Below, piece after piece: positions 39,143-49,656 of a DNA stretch of 64,000 nucleotides. Source of the DNA: Nitrososphaeria archaeon (GTDB lineage Archaea > Thermoproteota > Nitrososphaeria > JACIWG01); assembly GCA_050011875.1 (NCBI GenBank), contig JBEKIG010000015.1, forward strand, positions 56,084 through 120,083. Reading direction: 5' to 3'. The notes under the pieces were generated by a model, which saw nothing but the letters and a program-made list of their open reading frames with translations, was not told where the DNA came from and did no database searches. How positions within the stretch are numbered: position 1 is the stretch's first letter; the number at the start of each line of letters is the position of its first letter. The position numbers were made by a program, and so were the translations under genes.

Positions 39143-39670
39143 CTACCTTTGCAAATAGGAAAGCCTTTGAAGAACAATCCGAGCACATTCTTCAGGTGAA
39201 TGCAGGTCGGTATCTATCATAATACCGTTCATAGGATATTGAAATCTGATCCAGAAGCCGGTAACCGTTCTATCAGGCACATGTTCCTCGGATGAGCGAC
39301 TCTTGTTCCTTTCTATCAAGGTAGCCAGATTCGCTTTTAATCCAACTATCAGATAACGCTTTCTGAAGTATCTTGCAATCTGAATAGCCCTTAGCCTATA
39401 ACTATTATTAAGGAAAGTGCCATCCAATATAACGTTATAGTTTTGCGGCAAGAGCTTTCTTGTGATTCCGTATAGTAGAGAGTACACAAAGTGGCTTTCA
39501 CTCCTGCTATACGATGGTTTAACGAACATCTTCCTTATCGAATCAGTTTGTACATGAATTGTTGGAGTGCTCCCCGCCAGGTCTTCTGAGACCATTCTCG
39601 CAACCGTAGTCTTACCAGCGCCTGATGGACCACAAAAAACTATCAGAACATTCTTAGAAACTTCTTCCAT
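39143..39670 (-). CDS. P-loop kinase (AAA_33-like)
   Basis: GPSGAGKTT, VILDGTF, ERNKSR. Confidence 0.85.
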   Translation of the reverse strand: MEEVSKNVLIVFCGPSGAGKTTVARMVSEDLAGSTPTIHVQTDSIRKMFVKPSYSRSESHFVYSLLYGITRKLLPQNYNVILDGTFLNNSYRLRAIQIARYFRKRYLIVGLKANLATLIERNKSRSSEEHVPDRTVTGFWIRFQYPMNGIMIDTDLHSPEECARIVLQRLSYLQR

Positions 39671-39801
39671 CGACTAGGACTTCACATACGCTAATAAGAG
39701 TTTTATCGCAATTTTTATATTAAAATTTTTTATCAAAATGATTAACTTATGCTAACGTTTAAAAACAAGGATGTAAAGGTTCTACAATAGGGCGTTAGAC
39801 C

Positions 39802-40089
39802 TTGGCAAGCGAGTTGATCAATAATGAGAAGCGTCAAAGTGTACGGATGCTGCTAAAGGCATATGCGCTTAGGTCGGCGACCGAAGTTGAAAAAGTAAAG
39901 GAAGATATAGAAAACAATACGATAGTCATACTAAGGATAACCCCGCTAGCTCAAAAAAATATTGAAGAACTTAGAGAGGCCGTAAGCAGACTTTACGAAA
40001 TCGCAACAGCAAATGGTGGTGATATTGCTAGACTCGGAGAAGACAGGATAATAATTACACCGCCCACCGTCGGCATATGGAGAAGTTAG
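39802..40089 (+). CDS. sepF: SepF-like cell division protein
   Basis: GGDIARLGEDRIIITP. Confidence 0.85.
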   Translation: MASELINNEKRQSVRMLLKAYALRSATEVEKVKEDIENNTIVILRITPLAQKNIEELREAVSRLYEIATANGGDIARLGEDRIIITPPTVGIWRS

Positions 40090-42017
40090 ACAAACCTAAG
40101 CGTTTCCAGGCTAGCAGGCGCTGTGACTGGCAAACGGAAAAGTCTACTTATGTTATTGCTTATACTAAGAGTCTTTGCCTTCTCACCATGATTAACCACG
40201 ACATTCCTGAGTTTTGGTCTAAGTTTCGCAATAAACTTCATGATCTGATTGTAGTCACTGTGGCCGCTGAATCCTACAACCTTGTCTATTTCGCACCTTA
40301 AATCCATTATCTTTATTTTACCATCGTCGTCAATTATACTTATCTGTTTAGCTCCATCTAGAACACGGCGGCCGAGTGTGCCATTAATTTGATAGGATAC
40401 AAAAAGCACCTTGTTTCGTTCATCTCCGGAGATCTCTTCTAAGTATCTTATTGCCGGACCTCCTTCAAGCATGCCAGATGTAGCCATTATGATCGCCGGA
40501 CCTTGTTGCAGCGCCTCTTCTCTCTCATCAGGTTTATTTATCACAGTAAAGTACTCAGATTCGAACGGGTTAATTCCTCTCTCAACAATAGACGACCTTA
40601 GTTCAGAAGCAAGATAGTCTGGAAATGCTATATGAATGGCTGTCGCATCAGTGATCATACCTTCAATAAACACAGGACATTCGATAATTTCCTTTGACTT
40701 CAAATAAGAGTCTAAGACTAACATGATTTCCTGTGCGCGCCCTACAGCTGGAACAGGAATCAACACCTTACCCCCCTTAGAAAGAGAACTGTTTATCGAA
40801 TTTACAAAGTACCGTTCTACATCCAGTCTAGAGGGCATAATATCCTCTTTAGAGCCGTAAGTGCTTTCTATAATAACGGTCTCTACGCGTGGAAAACCGT
40901 ATTGAGCAGCATCTAGTAACTGGGTCTTTTCGAACTTGAAATCGCCTGTATACACGAGATTATATACGCCTTCTCCAAAATGCAAGTGAGCCGATGCTGA
41001 GCCCAATATGTGGCCCGCGTTGTTAAGTATAAGTTTGGTGTCAGGAGAAATATCAGTGACAGAACCATAAGGTAAGGGTATGCAATGCTGTATTGTTTCC
41101 CTCAAATCTCTCATATCAAATAAAGATATCGCATTTTCAGAAGAAGAAATTTTTATGAAGTCGGTCAATAACAGAGCCATAAGGTTGAGGGTTGGTTCAG
41201 AACAATAAACTGGCCCATCATATCCATATTTGAAAAGCACAGGAAGAAAACCACAGTGATCAAGGTGAGCGTGACTTATTATTACAGCATCAAGCTCGTC
41301 TATATTCTTTGAATACATGTCCAGTCTTGGGTACATATCCAAAGGGTCATTTGCACCAGGGTTTATACCACAATCCATCAGAATATTGCTCTCGTTAGTT
41401 CTTACTTGTACACATGAACGTCCGACCTGTTGGGATCCGCCCAAGAAAGAGGCGAGCACTTCTATTTTCTCAGTAAGCTTTTGCCTAAAAATATATTCTC
41501 CGACATCTTTTAGTATACGCTCTCTATCATTCGAGTCGGTTTGTAGTACATGATAGACCTGTTCTAAACCTTCAGATCTCAATGAGGAAGTCTTTCTGAA
41601 CTTAGGTCTCCATCCTGTCTCAGAAAAGATATTCTGGTTAAGTTCTGCTATCTTAGAATAAATTTTGTACAGATCTTTCAGTTCGACAAAAACTTCTCCC
41701 AGTACCTTATCGAAAACAAAACGTTCTATAACAAGATCCGAAGGAAGCCTTTTAGAGATAATTTCTTTTGTCTGCTCCTCTGTTTTTCTTATTGATTTAT
41801 CAGCTCTAATAACCACTCTCTTTTTAAGACTCGAGACAATATCAGATATTACGAAGTTATTCTCTACGAAGAACTTCGGATTCTTTGTGTAAATGGCAAA
41901 TCTTGGACCTTCATATTCTATATTCGTGACCTCTGCTTGGGGAGGAATGCTCTGCAGAAAGACCGTGCCAGAGGCTTTGTCAGAGTTGTTTTTATGTTGC
42001 AAGTTACTGTCTACCAT
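40086..42017 (-). CDS. beta-CASP ribonuclease aCPSF1/FttA
   Basis: N-terminal KH region (EYEGP), VGRSC, SHAHLDH, AGHILGSA, GFSGHSD, NHGE. Confidence 0.96.
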   Translation of the reverse strand: MVDSNLQHKNNSDKASGTVFLQSIPPQAEVTNIEYEGPRFAIYTKNPKFFVENNFVISDIVSSLKKRVVIRADKSIRKTEEQTKEIISKRLPSDLVIERFVFDKVLGEVFVELKDLYKIYSKIAELNQNIFSETGWRPKFRKTSSLRSEGLEQVYHVLQTDSNDRERILKDVGEYIFRQKLTEKIEVLASFLGGSQQVGRSCVQVRTNESNILMDCGINPGANDPLDMYPRLDMYSKNIDELDAVIISHAHLDHCGFLPVLFKYGYDGPVYCSEPTLNLMALLLTDFIKISSSENAISLFDMRDLRETIQHCIPLPYGSVTDISPDTKLILNNAGHILGSASAHLHFGEGVYNLVYTGDFKFEKTQLLDAAQYGFPRVETVIIESTYGSKEDIMPSRLDVERYFVNSINSSLSKGGKVLIPVPAVGRAQEIMLVLDSYLKSKEIIECPVFIEGMITDATAIHIAFPDYLASELRSSIVERGINPFESEYFTVINKPDEREEALQQGPAIIMATSGMLEGGPAIRYLEEISGDERNKVLFVSYQINGTLGRRVLDGAKQISIIDDDGKIKIMDLRCEIDKVVGFSGHSDYNQIMKFIAKLRPKLRNVVVNHGEKAKTLSISNNISRLFRLPVTAPASLETLRFV

Positions 42018-42658
42018 AAATCTTTTATCAGTTCATTTTTTGCCTCTGAATCAAGTTCACGATAACCATTCGAATCAATTATGCCCACATCAAGACTTTC
42101 TCCAGTAGCAGTATCCCTTTTCATCGCAGCGAGAACTGATTTAGCTGCTATCTTCGCCCCTTCTTTTGTATTTAGACTAGGAGAATATGACGATTCTAGG
42201 ATAGAATACGCTATAGGCGAACCACTCCCAGTTGAGAAAACCTTCTCTTCTGTTAGAGATCCAAAGAAGTCTATCTGAAATAATGAAGGCACACCACCGT
42301 TGACGCCGCCCATAATTACTTGAGTTATCAGCGGAAACATACGATTTGCAGAAAAAATATTTGACGTCAAACTGGCTGCCGCCTTTATTGGAATCTGTAT
42401 TTGATGTTCAAGTTCATATTTTTTTACATAGAAACGTATTATGTCTATCACATTTTGCGCGTCAGCAACCGTTCCAGCGATCGTCATGGCAAGGTTGTCT
42501 GCTATCTTGTACAGTTTCTTCCCTTTCTTGTGGGCTACATAACCATCTGCCGTAACCCTAGTATCAGTAGCGAATACTACACCATCGACACACACTAAGC
42601 CGACGGTTGTTGTCCCATGATATATCTTAGGGACTTTGCCATTAGAATTTGTAATCAA
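42011..42658 (-). CDS. psmB: proteasome subunit beta (catalytic)
   Basis: Propeptide followed by GTTTVG; TGSGS; RDTATG. Confidence 0.95.
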   Translation of the reverse strand: MITNSNGKVPKIYHGTTTVGLVCVDGVVFATDTRVTADGYVAHKKGKKLYKIADNLAMTIAGTVADAQNVIDIIRFYVKKYELEHQIQIPIKAAASLTSNIFSANRMFPLITQVIMGGVNGGVPSLFQIDFFGSLTEEKVFSTGSGSPIAYSILESSYSPSLNTKEGAKIAAKSVLAAMKRDTATGESLDVGIIDSNGYRELDSEAKNELIKDLW

Positions 42659-42745
42659 ATTTATTCATCGCTCCTTTAAGAGGCTTCTGCTTTATCGCAG
42701 GTATTTAATTAGGGTTTAAATAAATGTTTCCTAAACCTATAATTA

Positions 42746-43792
42746 ATGAACTCACATTTTATGGAGTTCCCCAGAGCAATTCTTGTTGGAGATAGGATAA
42801 TAGTCAATATTGGAGAATTCATAGCCAAGCTCTGTGGCACAAGGAAGGTTCTTATTGTAAGCGATGAATTCATAAGAAGCCAGTACGGGGGAAGGGTTGA
42901 GAACTCCCTAAAAACTTGTAACATAAAATATTATTGGAATATTATTAAGACGGCTGATTTTTCAAATGTAAAAGAAACCATCGAAGAGATAGTTAAAGAA
43001 AATGTAGACGGTGTTATTGGCATGGGAGGGGGAACCTGTATAGATGTCGCGAAATTGAGTTCATATAAAAGTAGTAAGCCTTTCATTAGTCTGCCGACAA
43101 ATGCCGCACACGATGGTATAGCAAGTCCGTTTGCTTCGATAAAGGATAGCGGAAAGCCCTACTCTATCGTTTCTTCCTCACCTCTGGGATTACTTGCTGA
43201 CATTCAAATAATCTCTTCAGCCCCTCAAAAATACATTCGAAGTGGATGTGGTGATCTGATAGCAAAGGTCACTGCGGTCAAGGACTGGCAATTGAGTAAA
43301 GAAGAGACGGACGAATATTATGGGGAATATGCCGCCAATTTAGCCCTTCTAAGCGCTGAAGTTATTCTAAAGAATTCTAAGAAGATAGGTTCTAATTTAG
43401 TTACGAGCACTAGGGACGTTGTTGAAGCACTTATTAGTGCTGGTGTTGCGGCAGGTATAGCGGGCAGTAGTAGACCTTGTAGTGGTTCCGAACACCTTTT
43501 CAGTCACGCGCTAGACATCCTCGCCCCAGGAAAGGGCTTGCATGGAGAGAAGTGTGGGATTGGGACAATCCTCATGGCAAAGTTACATAATTTGGACTGG
43601 GAGGAAATAAAGTCTGCCTTAGAAAACATAGGCGCGCCAACATATCTTCCAAGTTTAGGAATTACCAAAGAACAGGCAGTTGAAGCCCTGTTATTAGCAC
43701 CTAAACTACGAGATCGATTTACAATCTTGAATAAAGTCAAGCTATCAGAAGAAGATGCTATTCAACTTATTGAGAGCACTAGTATTGCTTAG
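42746..43792 (+). CDS. egsA: sn-glycerol-1-phosphate dehydrogenase
   Basis: GGGTCIDVAK, PTNAAHDGIASP, SRPCSGSEHLFSH, LHGE. Confidence 0.96.
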   Translation: MNSHFMEFPRAILVGDRIIVNIGEFIAKLCGTRKVLIVSDEFIRSQYGGRVENSLKTCNIKYYWNIIKTADFSNVKETIEEIVKENVDGVIGMGGGTCIDVAKLSSYKSSKPFISLPTNAAHDGIASPFASIKDSGKPYSIVSSSPLGLLADIQIISSAPQKYIRSGCGDLIAKVTAVKDWQLSKEETDEYYGEYAANLALLSAEVILKNSKKIGSNLVTSTRDVVEALISAGVAAGIAGSSRPCSGSEHLFSHALDILAPGKGLHGEKCGIGTILMAKLHNLDWEEIKSALENIGAPTYLPSLGITKEQAVEALLLAPKLRDRFTILNKVKLSEEDAIQLIESTSIA

Positions 43793-44127
43793 GCGTACAT
43801 TCTCCAAGTATGACCGCACTTTGTACACCTATAGAACTGAGTGGGAGGCTCGTCTCCGCTTCTTGTCTGCAAAAGCCACCAGTAAGACTTATCATTTCCA
43901 CATTTAGGGCATTCGATTTCAATGGTCGGCATGGTTTCTAGCTTGGATTCTGCGTCACTTAATATCTTTATTGGACGACTCTCCTCTTTTTTAACTTCAG
44001 AGGAACCAAAATTGGTAGGATCGTAAACCTTGTTGCATTTAGGGCAATAATATCGAAGCACGGTCTTCCCTTCCTCTTTAAACTGTTTAACCTTCAAGCG
44101 CGAGCCACATGTATCACAGAATTTCAT
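43789..44127 (-). CDS. tfs: transcription factor S (TFS/RpoM)
   Basis: Two zinc ribbons; QTRSGDEPPTQFYRC. Confidence 0.95.
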   Translation of the reverse strand: MKFCDTCGSRLKVKQFKEEGKTVLRYYCPKCNKVYDPTNFGSSEVKKEESRPIKILSDAESKLETMPTIEIECPKCGNDKSYWWLLQTRSGDEPPTQFYRCTKCGHTWRMYA

Positions 44128-44128
44128 A

Positions 44129-44413
44129 CTAACTTACTCCAGAAGATTTTTGTAATGAGGATGAAACTTCATCAAAAATTGCACTTATTGCAGCCTTAAC
44201 TTCTCTTGCAGCATTCATCAAACACAATTCAGGGGATTTCTTCTTGGTTAAAATTTTTATGGAAACTTTGCCAAAGAGGGGATGTGGAGGCATAACACCT
44301 GTAAAGACAACTTCAGTATTTTTTAATAGCATAGAACACAGAGCGTCTGCGATACTTACATCTATCGTTCCGAGATCCAATTCCTTTGCAGATTCAATAT
44401 GACTAGATGACAT
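44129..44413 (-). CDS. rpoL: RNA polymerase subunit L (Rpo11)
   Basis: VVFTGVMPPHPL; position between csl4 and tfs. Confidence 0.8.
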   Translation of the reverse strand: MSSSHIESAKELDLGTIDVSIADALCSMLLKNTEVVFTGVMPPHPLFGKVSIKILTKKKSPELCLMNAAREVKAAISAIFDEVSSSLQKSSGVS

Positions 44414-44415
44414 TT

Positions 44416-45000
44416 CTAATTCTGCCCCTTTGTTTCTACATTTTTAAACCTTCCGAAATCTACTGCCAACTTTCTTTCATCTACTATCTTACATTGGGTG
44501 CATAAGATTCTACGCCCGATCTGTTGAACTTGGCCACCACAAAAACTACATACTGTACGAAGGACTCCATAAGGTTCTCCATCAATAGAAAGATGTATTA
44601 CGTTATTCAACAAGCTGATGACCTTTGCGCGAACAATATCACTAGACTTTATGACTATTCTTCTTTCCCTATCGGACTGTTGCTCGCGAAGTATGATTAA
44701 TCCCATGAAATCAGATTGCACCGGCTTTTCATTGATTTCCTTTATTCTTATCATGACAAGCCCACTCTGTGACTGCTCTACGACTCCCACAACCGCATCC
44801 CCAACTTTGGGGATGCCCTTAAGTGGAGCCTTTGGAATAATTGAAACAGCTCTCGTCTTTTGGTCAACCTTTATTTCTCCCAATACCTTTGACCTTATGT
44901 TATAGTTCTCTTGGTAGACGTTAGAAGATGGGGTGAATTCTTCTATCACGCCAACCAGGTCTCCTGGAATGTAGTAGGTTTTCTTCTTAAGTATATTCAT
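44416..45000 (-). CDS. csl4: exosome RNA-binding protein Csl4
   Basis: PGDLVGVIEEF, S1 domain DIVRAKV, C-terminal zinc ribbon ERKLA. Confidence 0.93.
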   Translation of the reverse strand: MNILKKKTYYIPGDLVGVIEEFTPSSNVYQENYNIRSKVLGEIKVDQKTRAVSIIPKAPLKGIPKVGDAVVGVVEQSQSGLVMIRIKEINEKPVQSDFMGLIILREQQSDRERRIVIKSSDIVRAKVISLLNNVIHLSIDGEPYGVLRTVCSFCGGQVQQIGRRILCTQCKIVDERKLAVDFGRFKNVETKGQN

Positions 45001-45042
45001 ATCCTACTTAGGCTCCTAACTGAGTGCATATAATTCTATCGT

Positions 45043-46014
45043 TTATGTCTTAGAACTTGTTCCAAAGTATTCTAAGAGTTTATGACCGTATTCTAATGGA
45101 ATCACTGGTTTATCAAAGTGATCATCTCCAATTCGTGGACAAGCAGTCTCTATGAAAGCTTCAACATTCTGAAATTCATTTAGCTTATCATTCGTAATCT
45201 CTCTCATGACTATCATGAAGATATTCTTTCCGATCTTGCTTAATTCTCTGTTCAGAAGGAAGGCTTCTCTCTTTTTCAACTGACCTTCTTTTAAACCGAT
45301 TATTATTCCGATATTTTTTGCTTCAACTGCTTTGTAGAAATTAAAGATCAATCGCTTTTTTACAACCAAAGCTTCCTTTTCTATCGGGATAACTTCCATC
45401 ATATAAGGATCAAGCATTATAACTGGTTTTTGCAAACAATTGTAAAGACCGATCGCATGAAATCGACTTGATCCTATAAAGATGAAAGCATCTACATTAG
45501 ATAGAATTTTTGAACATGTAGTGAAGATGCATCCATAAATTTGTCCACTCTTTAAAGGCGGGCTTTCTTCTCCAATAGAAACGTCGAAATTCTTGGATTC
45601 TAAATAGAGTTTAGCGTCATTTAGCTTAGAAAGGTGTGGGCCAATAGTGCAAAGACCCACGTTCTTATAGTTCAAAAGGCCTGAAGTTATAGCTTTTTCT
45701 ATGACAGGAACAACGTCTACATCATCGTTGGCTTCGATTAAGTATGTAAAGTGCCCAATCTTGTTCGATGATGATGTATGACCTATATGAATTGACAGAT
45801 CCACGCCCAGAATGGAAACGTCATTCTCAGTTAAATCACATATGCCATAACACGGTTCCCCTGAGAATATGACCTCAAAATCGTACTTCGAAGCCAAAGA
45901 GGAGACAAAGTCTATACATCTAACTATGACGCCGGATGGACAGCTCACCAGAACCCGTTTAGGCTTCTTCTCTTCTATCAATTTTGTTAGTGAAAGCTTA
46001 TCTATTTCAAGCAT
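45043..46014 (-). CDS. dph2: diphthamide biosynthesis enzyme Dph2
   Basis: CYGICD, GQIYGC, ETACPRI (three Fe-S Cys). Confidence 0.93.
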   Translation of the reverse strand: MLEIDKLSLTKLIEEKKPKRVLVSCPSGVIVRCIDFVSSLASKYDFEVIFSGEPCYGICDLTENDVSILGVDLSIHIGHTSSSNKIGHFTYLIEANDDVDVVPVIEKAITSGLLNYKNVGLCTIGPHLSKLNDAKLYLESKNFDVSIGEESPPLKSGQIYGCIFTTCSKILSNVDAFIFIGSSRFHAIGLYNCLQKPVIMLDPYMMEVIPIEKEALVVKKRLIFNFYKAVEAKNIGIIIGLKEGQLKKREAFLLNRELSKIGKNIFMIVMREITNDKLNEFQNVEAFIETACPRIGDDHFDKPVIPLEYGHKLLEYFGTSSKT

Positions 46015-46083
46015 CTAACTTACCACCTTCTGCTCTTAAAAAGGTAAAATTTAATATGTTTGTTTAACAGCGGTGAGTTGGTC

Positions 46084-46488
46084 ATGTACAAACAAATAAG
46101 ACAGACTTGGAGAAAGGTGTACAAGGATAACAGATCAGTAATTAAGGTTAGAGCCGAAAAGTGGAGGAAAGAACATTCAATAGTTAGAATAGAAAGACCA
46201 ACTCGATTGGATAGGGCCAGGTCTTTAGGGTACAAAGCAAAGCAGGGTTATATAATTGTTAGAACAAAGTTGAGCAGAAGTGGAAAGAGAATAAAGAGGC
46301 CCACATCGGGTAGAAGACCAAAGCATCTTGGTGTTCTCAAAATTAAAACTAAGGTAAATTATAGGAAAACAGCGATTAACAGGGCTAAAGAGAAGTATCC
46401 AAATATGGAGGCTCTGAATGCATATTATGTTTATAAAAATGGAAAGAGCATCTGGTACGAAGTTATATTAAAAGAAAGCAAAAATTAG
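46084..46488 (+). CDS. rpl15e: 50S ribosomal protein L15e (short form)
   Basis: RPTRLDRARSLGYKAKQG, GRRPKHLG, WYEVIL. Confidence 0.95.
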   Translation: MYKQIRQTWRKVYKDNRSVIKVRAEKWRKEHSIVRIERPTRLDRARSLGYKAKQGYIIVRTKLSRSGKRIKRPTSGRRPKHLGVLKIKTKVNYRKTAINRAKEKYPNMEALNAYYVYKNGKSIWYEVILKESKN

Positions 46489-46748
46489 ACTTTTGTTGAA
46501 GCAATAGCTTCTAATTCTCCTACATTTTTTATTCCTTTTATTACCGATTCAATGACATCTACGTTTGCTTTGTCATCCATTCGAACGTCTAAGATCATAG
46601 CATTTAATCCAAAAGCAATAGGTTCACTCTTGAACTGTCCAATTTCGGCTTTCCCTTCTAGTTTTTGTTTGATTTCGTTGTAAAGACTTTGCAGGTCTAT
46701 GCTAATGTCGTCGGGAAAAATCTTGTACCTGATAACCATTTTACCCAT
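46485..46748 (-). CDS. ef1b: elongation factor 1-beta
   Basis: KIFPDD, EPIAFGLNA. Confidence 0.92.
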   Translation of the reverse strand: MGKMVIRYKIFPDDISIDLQSLYNEIKQKLEGKAEIGQFKSEPIAFGLNAMILDVRMDDKANVDVIESVIKGIKNVGELEAIASTKV

Positions 46749-46759
46749 TAAAAAAACAC

Positions 46760-46936
46760 CTATGGACCTTCAAAGCCGCAGTTTACGCATTTATAAAATC
46801 GTGCAAATGCCCTACATTTTTCACAACGCCATATTTGAACTATGCCGCAGTTTGGGCAATTAAACTTTACAACATTTTCTCCAAAGGCTATAGGCCTATT
46901 ACAGGAAGTACACTTAGGGTATTTTACGGAGGACAC
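46760..46936 (-). CDS. small zinc-finger protein (HVO_2753/DUF1610-like; not in the ORF track)
   Basis: MSSVKYPKCTSC...FNCPNCG...IWRCEKCR...YKCVNCGFEGP; upstream of EF-1beta. Confidence 0.9.
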   Translation of the reverse strand: MSSVKYPKCTSCNRPIAFGENVVKFNCPNCGIVQIWRCEKCRAFARFYKCVNCGFEGP

Positions 46937-46983
46937 ACCACGCAGTCCCTTCTTATAATAAATAAAGTTTACCTTTTAAAACG

Positions 46984-48147
46984 TTATAGGTTAGCGACTT
47001 TCTTTAAGGAATTCTTTACTGAAGCACCAAATATGTTTATAGCAATAGAAAGAAAGGATTTAACACCAAGACTCTTAATCAGAGAGGAAATATGAAAATC
47101 ATAGTCCATTTCGAAGTTAATTTGATCCGAATATGTTCTTTTAACCGTTGTAAAAAGTTTTTCCATATCATGATTTTCCATTTTCTCAAAGTATATTCGG
47201 GCAAGCTTCATATATTCGATTTCCCTGTTAAATTTAGAGAACCATTTCTTTTCATAGTCTTTGATAAGGGAACTATCTTGATTTTGTAACGTATTTTCGA
47301 AAGCCTCAGAAGCTAATGAAGACGCCACTCCACCAAAATAGATTCCACCACCAGTAGTTGGTTTCGTTTGACCAGCAGAATCTCCAACATAAAGTATACG
47401 ACCCCTAACAAAATGTTCAATTGGACCACCTACAATTATTGGGGCAATATTGCGACTAAACAAAGTTCTTACGTTTATTTTGCTCAGAAAGCGATCAAAT
47501 GATTCTATTGGCTGTAATCTTGTTCCTAAACCAACTTTTGCCACGTATTCGTCTATTGGAATCAGCCACGCAAAGAAGCCCGGAGCGATACTTGTGTCAA
47601 AGAATACATGCATGCAGTCTGGCTCGAAATTCTTGTAGAGGGCGTTAGACTGAATACCATTATAGGTTCCTTCCTTATTCTCATATGAGGCTATGCCCCT
47701 TGTGTCAACCAAGTATTTAGAAGAAAACATATTTTCATCTACTAACTTGACCTTTACTAATGAGACATCTTGGTAAACGTTTGTTATTTTAGAAGAAATG
47801 CAAAGCTCTGCGCCATTTTTAGCAGCTTCCTCAGCAAGGAAGTTATCCATTTCATAACGATTCAATACCAAAATATCTGGGGAACTGAAGCTTAGTAGGA
47901 TTTTACCATTGCTCGGTGAATGAAACATGATTTTGGAGAAATGATTTTGAATATACCTTTCTGTTGGTAAGATGCCCAACTCCTTCAATGAATTTATTGA
48001 TACTACCCCACTGCATCTGTTCGGATAGCCTATTTCGTTGTGTTCTTCAAAAACCTTAACAGTAAACCCCTTTTTGGACAGCTCCTTAGCAGAAAATAGT
48101 CCTGAGAAACTACCACCTGCAACAATAACGTCGCAATCCATAGACAT
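46984..48147 (-). CDS. geranylgeranyl reductase family flavoprotein
   Basis: N-terminal FAD fold, PGFFAWLIP, GDSAGQTKPTTGGGI. Confidence 0.88.
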   Translation of the reverse strand: MSMDCDVIVAGGSFSGLFSAKELSKKGFTVKVFEEHNEIGYPNRCSGVVSINSLKELGILPTERYIQNHFSKIMFHSPSNGKILLSFSSPDILVLNRYEMDNFLAEEAAKNGAELCISSKITNVYQDVSLVKVKLVDENMFSSKYLVDTRGIASYENKEGTYNGIQSNALYKNFEPDCMHVFFDTSIAPGFFAWLIPIDEYVAKVGLGTRLQPIESFDRFLSKINVRTLFSRNIAPIIVGGPIEHFVRGRILYVGDSAGQTKPTTGGGIYFGGVASSLASEAFENTLQNQDSSLIKDYEKKWFSKFNREIEYMKLARIYFEKMENHDMEKLFTTVKRTYSDQINFEMDYDFHISSLIKSLGVKSFLSIAINIFGASVKNSLKKVANL

Positions 48148-48180
48148 TACGTAATGCTTTTACAGACTGTTTAATAAGAA

Positions 48181-48543
48181 TTAAAGTAGTTTTAACTTCC
48201 CTGTTATCTTCTCTATCTTCTCTTCTTCATCGGGCCCGATCCCAACGCAGGTTATAGTTCCAGGAGGGATTTGCGTCAATCCTTTGTCCTCAATGATAGA
48301 ATAAATGATATCATTCCTTTCAGCTATTTGTGTTATTCCAAATATCTTATCTAAACTATCGACTTTTAAAACAACCTTCTTTTGTCCGCTCTCCCACCAT
48401 TTTCTGAATAGCTCAGGTTTATCCTTCTGGGTCTGTTCTGCACTCGTCAAAGAGGCGTGAGCAACTTGGGCTGCAATCTTTCCTTTTTGCATCTTTAAAT
48501 CGCTTCTCACGACAATCGCCTGTTTGTACTCCTTTTGTAGCAT
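48181..48543 (-). CDS. pth2: peptidyl-tRNA hydrolase Pth2
   Basis: KQAIVVRSDLKMQKGKIAAQVAHA, DKGLTQ, IGPD. Confidence 0.96.
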   Translation of the reverse strand: MLQKEYKQAIVVRSDLKMQKGKIAAQVAHASLTSAEQTQKDKPELFRKWWESGQKKVVLKVDSLDKIFGITQIAERNDIIYSIIEDKGLTQIPPGTITCVGIGPDEEEKIEKITGKLKLL

Positions 48544-48640
48544 TTTCCCAATTAAGAGTCAATCAAAGTAAGAATATTAATCTTTGGTCGAAAGAAGGGC
48601 CATTTATTTTTTTCAATAAGTTAAAGATTAAGGTAATCCG

Positions 48641-49189
48641 CTAACCGTATACACCTGTAGTTATATTAACTTCGGCAAAGATCTCCCTCTTCGCCTTACA
48701 TACTGGGCAAATGTAAGGGGGTTCTTCCCTAAAGCACATGAATCCGCACTGTCTGCAATACCACACCTTCTTTTTCCCCTTCTGTGTCTCTGTAAGGGTA
48801 TTAATAGGCAGAAATGGTTCGCTTTGATTTATGTTTTTTAGATTCTCTCCGGGTGTAGAAATCTGCTTATCTACTGGTCTCCGCTCTGGAATAGAAGATA
48901 TCTCCTTCCTCCCCTCGTAAACATCTTTACTTACAAAAAGCGCACAATAGCAGCACCCATATTCTTCCACATCCGGGTCTCTATAATCACAGGGACATAT
49001 TATGTCCCTATCCAAATCAAACTTTCCTGTAGCCAGTCTACATGGACAAGAGGGATAACCGTAGCGTTCTTCATTTTGTCTGAGTCCTTCAAGAAGATCT
49101 TTTAAAAAACTGCTGTTGTGATTTAAGAAGTAGCCGTGTGTCTTGGCATCACTTTCTGCCCTCCGTTGCACTTTTTCTAAAGTTATCAA
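48641..49189 (-). CDS. ferredoxin:thioredoxin reductase catalytic subunit fused to a rubredoxin-like domain
   Basis: CPCR, CPC and CYCALF motifs, plus C-terminal CRQC...CPVC. Confidence 0.9.
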   Translation of the reverse strand: MITLEKVQRRAESDAKTHGYFLNHNSSFLKDLLEGLRQNEERYGYPSCPCRLATGKFDLDRDIICPCDYRDPDVEEYGCCYCALFVSKDVYEGRKEISSIPERRPVDKQISTPGENLKNINQSEPFLPINTLTETQKGKKKVWYCRQCGFMCFREEPPYICPVCKAKREIFAEVNITTGVYG

Positions 49190-49470
49190 ATCTCTAAGGC
49201 CTCTTTTATTTTGTCGGCAACAAAGCCAGTTATCAAAATTTTGTTGTCCACGATCATGGTTGGAAATGCTACAGCTCCACCTCTATCACGGATATCTTTC
49301 CTTATCTTTTCGCGATCTTCTTCTTTACATAAATCCATGTCAATATATTCATACCCGATATCATTATCGGACAGAAACTTCTTCGTTCTCTTGCACCATG
49401 CACATGTGCTTAGCGTATACATCAGAACTTTATGCTTTAAATTTTTCCCTTGGACTTTAATGGCTTCCAT
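49186..49470 (-). CDS. glutaredoxin-like protein
   Basis: TCAWC, AFPT, ITGF. Confidence 0.9.
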   Translation of the reverse strand: MEAIKVQGKNLKHKVLMYTLSTCAWCKRTKKFLSDNDIGYEYIDMDLCKEEDREKIRKDIRDRGGAVAFPTMIVDNKILITGFVADKIKEALEI

Positions 49471-49656
49471 TTCCTCCTACCTATTTTTCTGGAAAGGAAA
49501 GTTTTAATATAAACGTTCCCTATTCCTAGCAACCCAATATTAGAAAACAAAATAATAATATGATAATTAAGAAGCATTTAATCAAACAAATTAATTCAAA
49601 TTAATTCTGGCTGCAAAAAGATAAAAAGAGAATTACTTTGATATAAGTGGAGCAGA

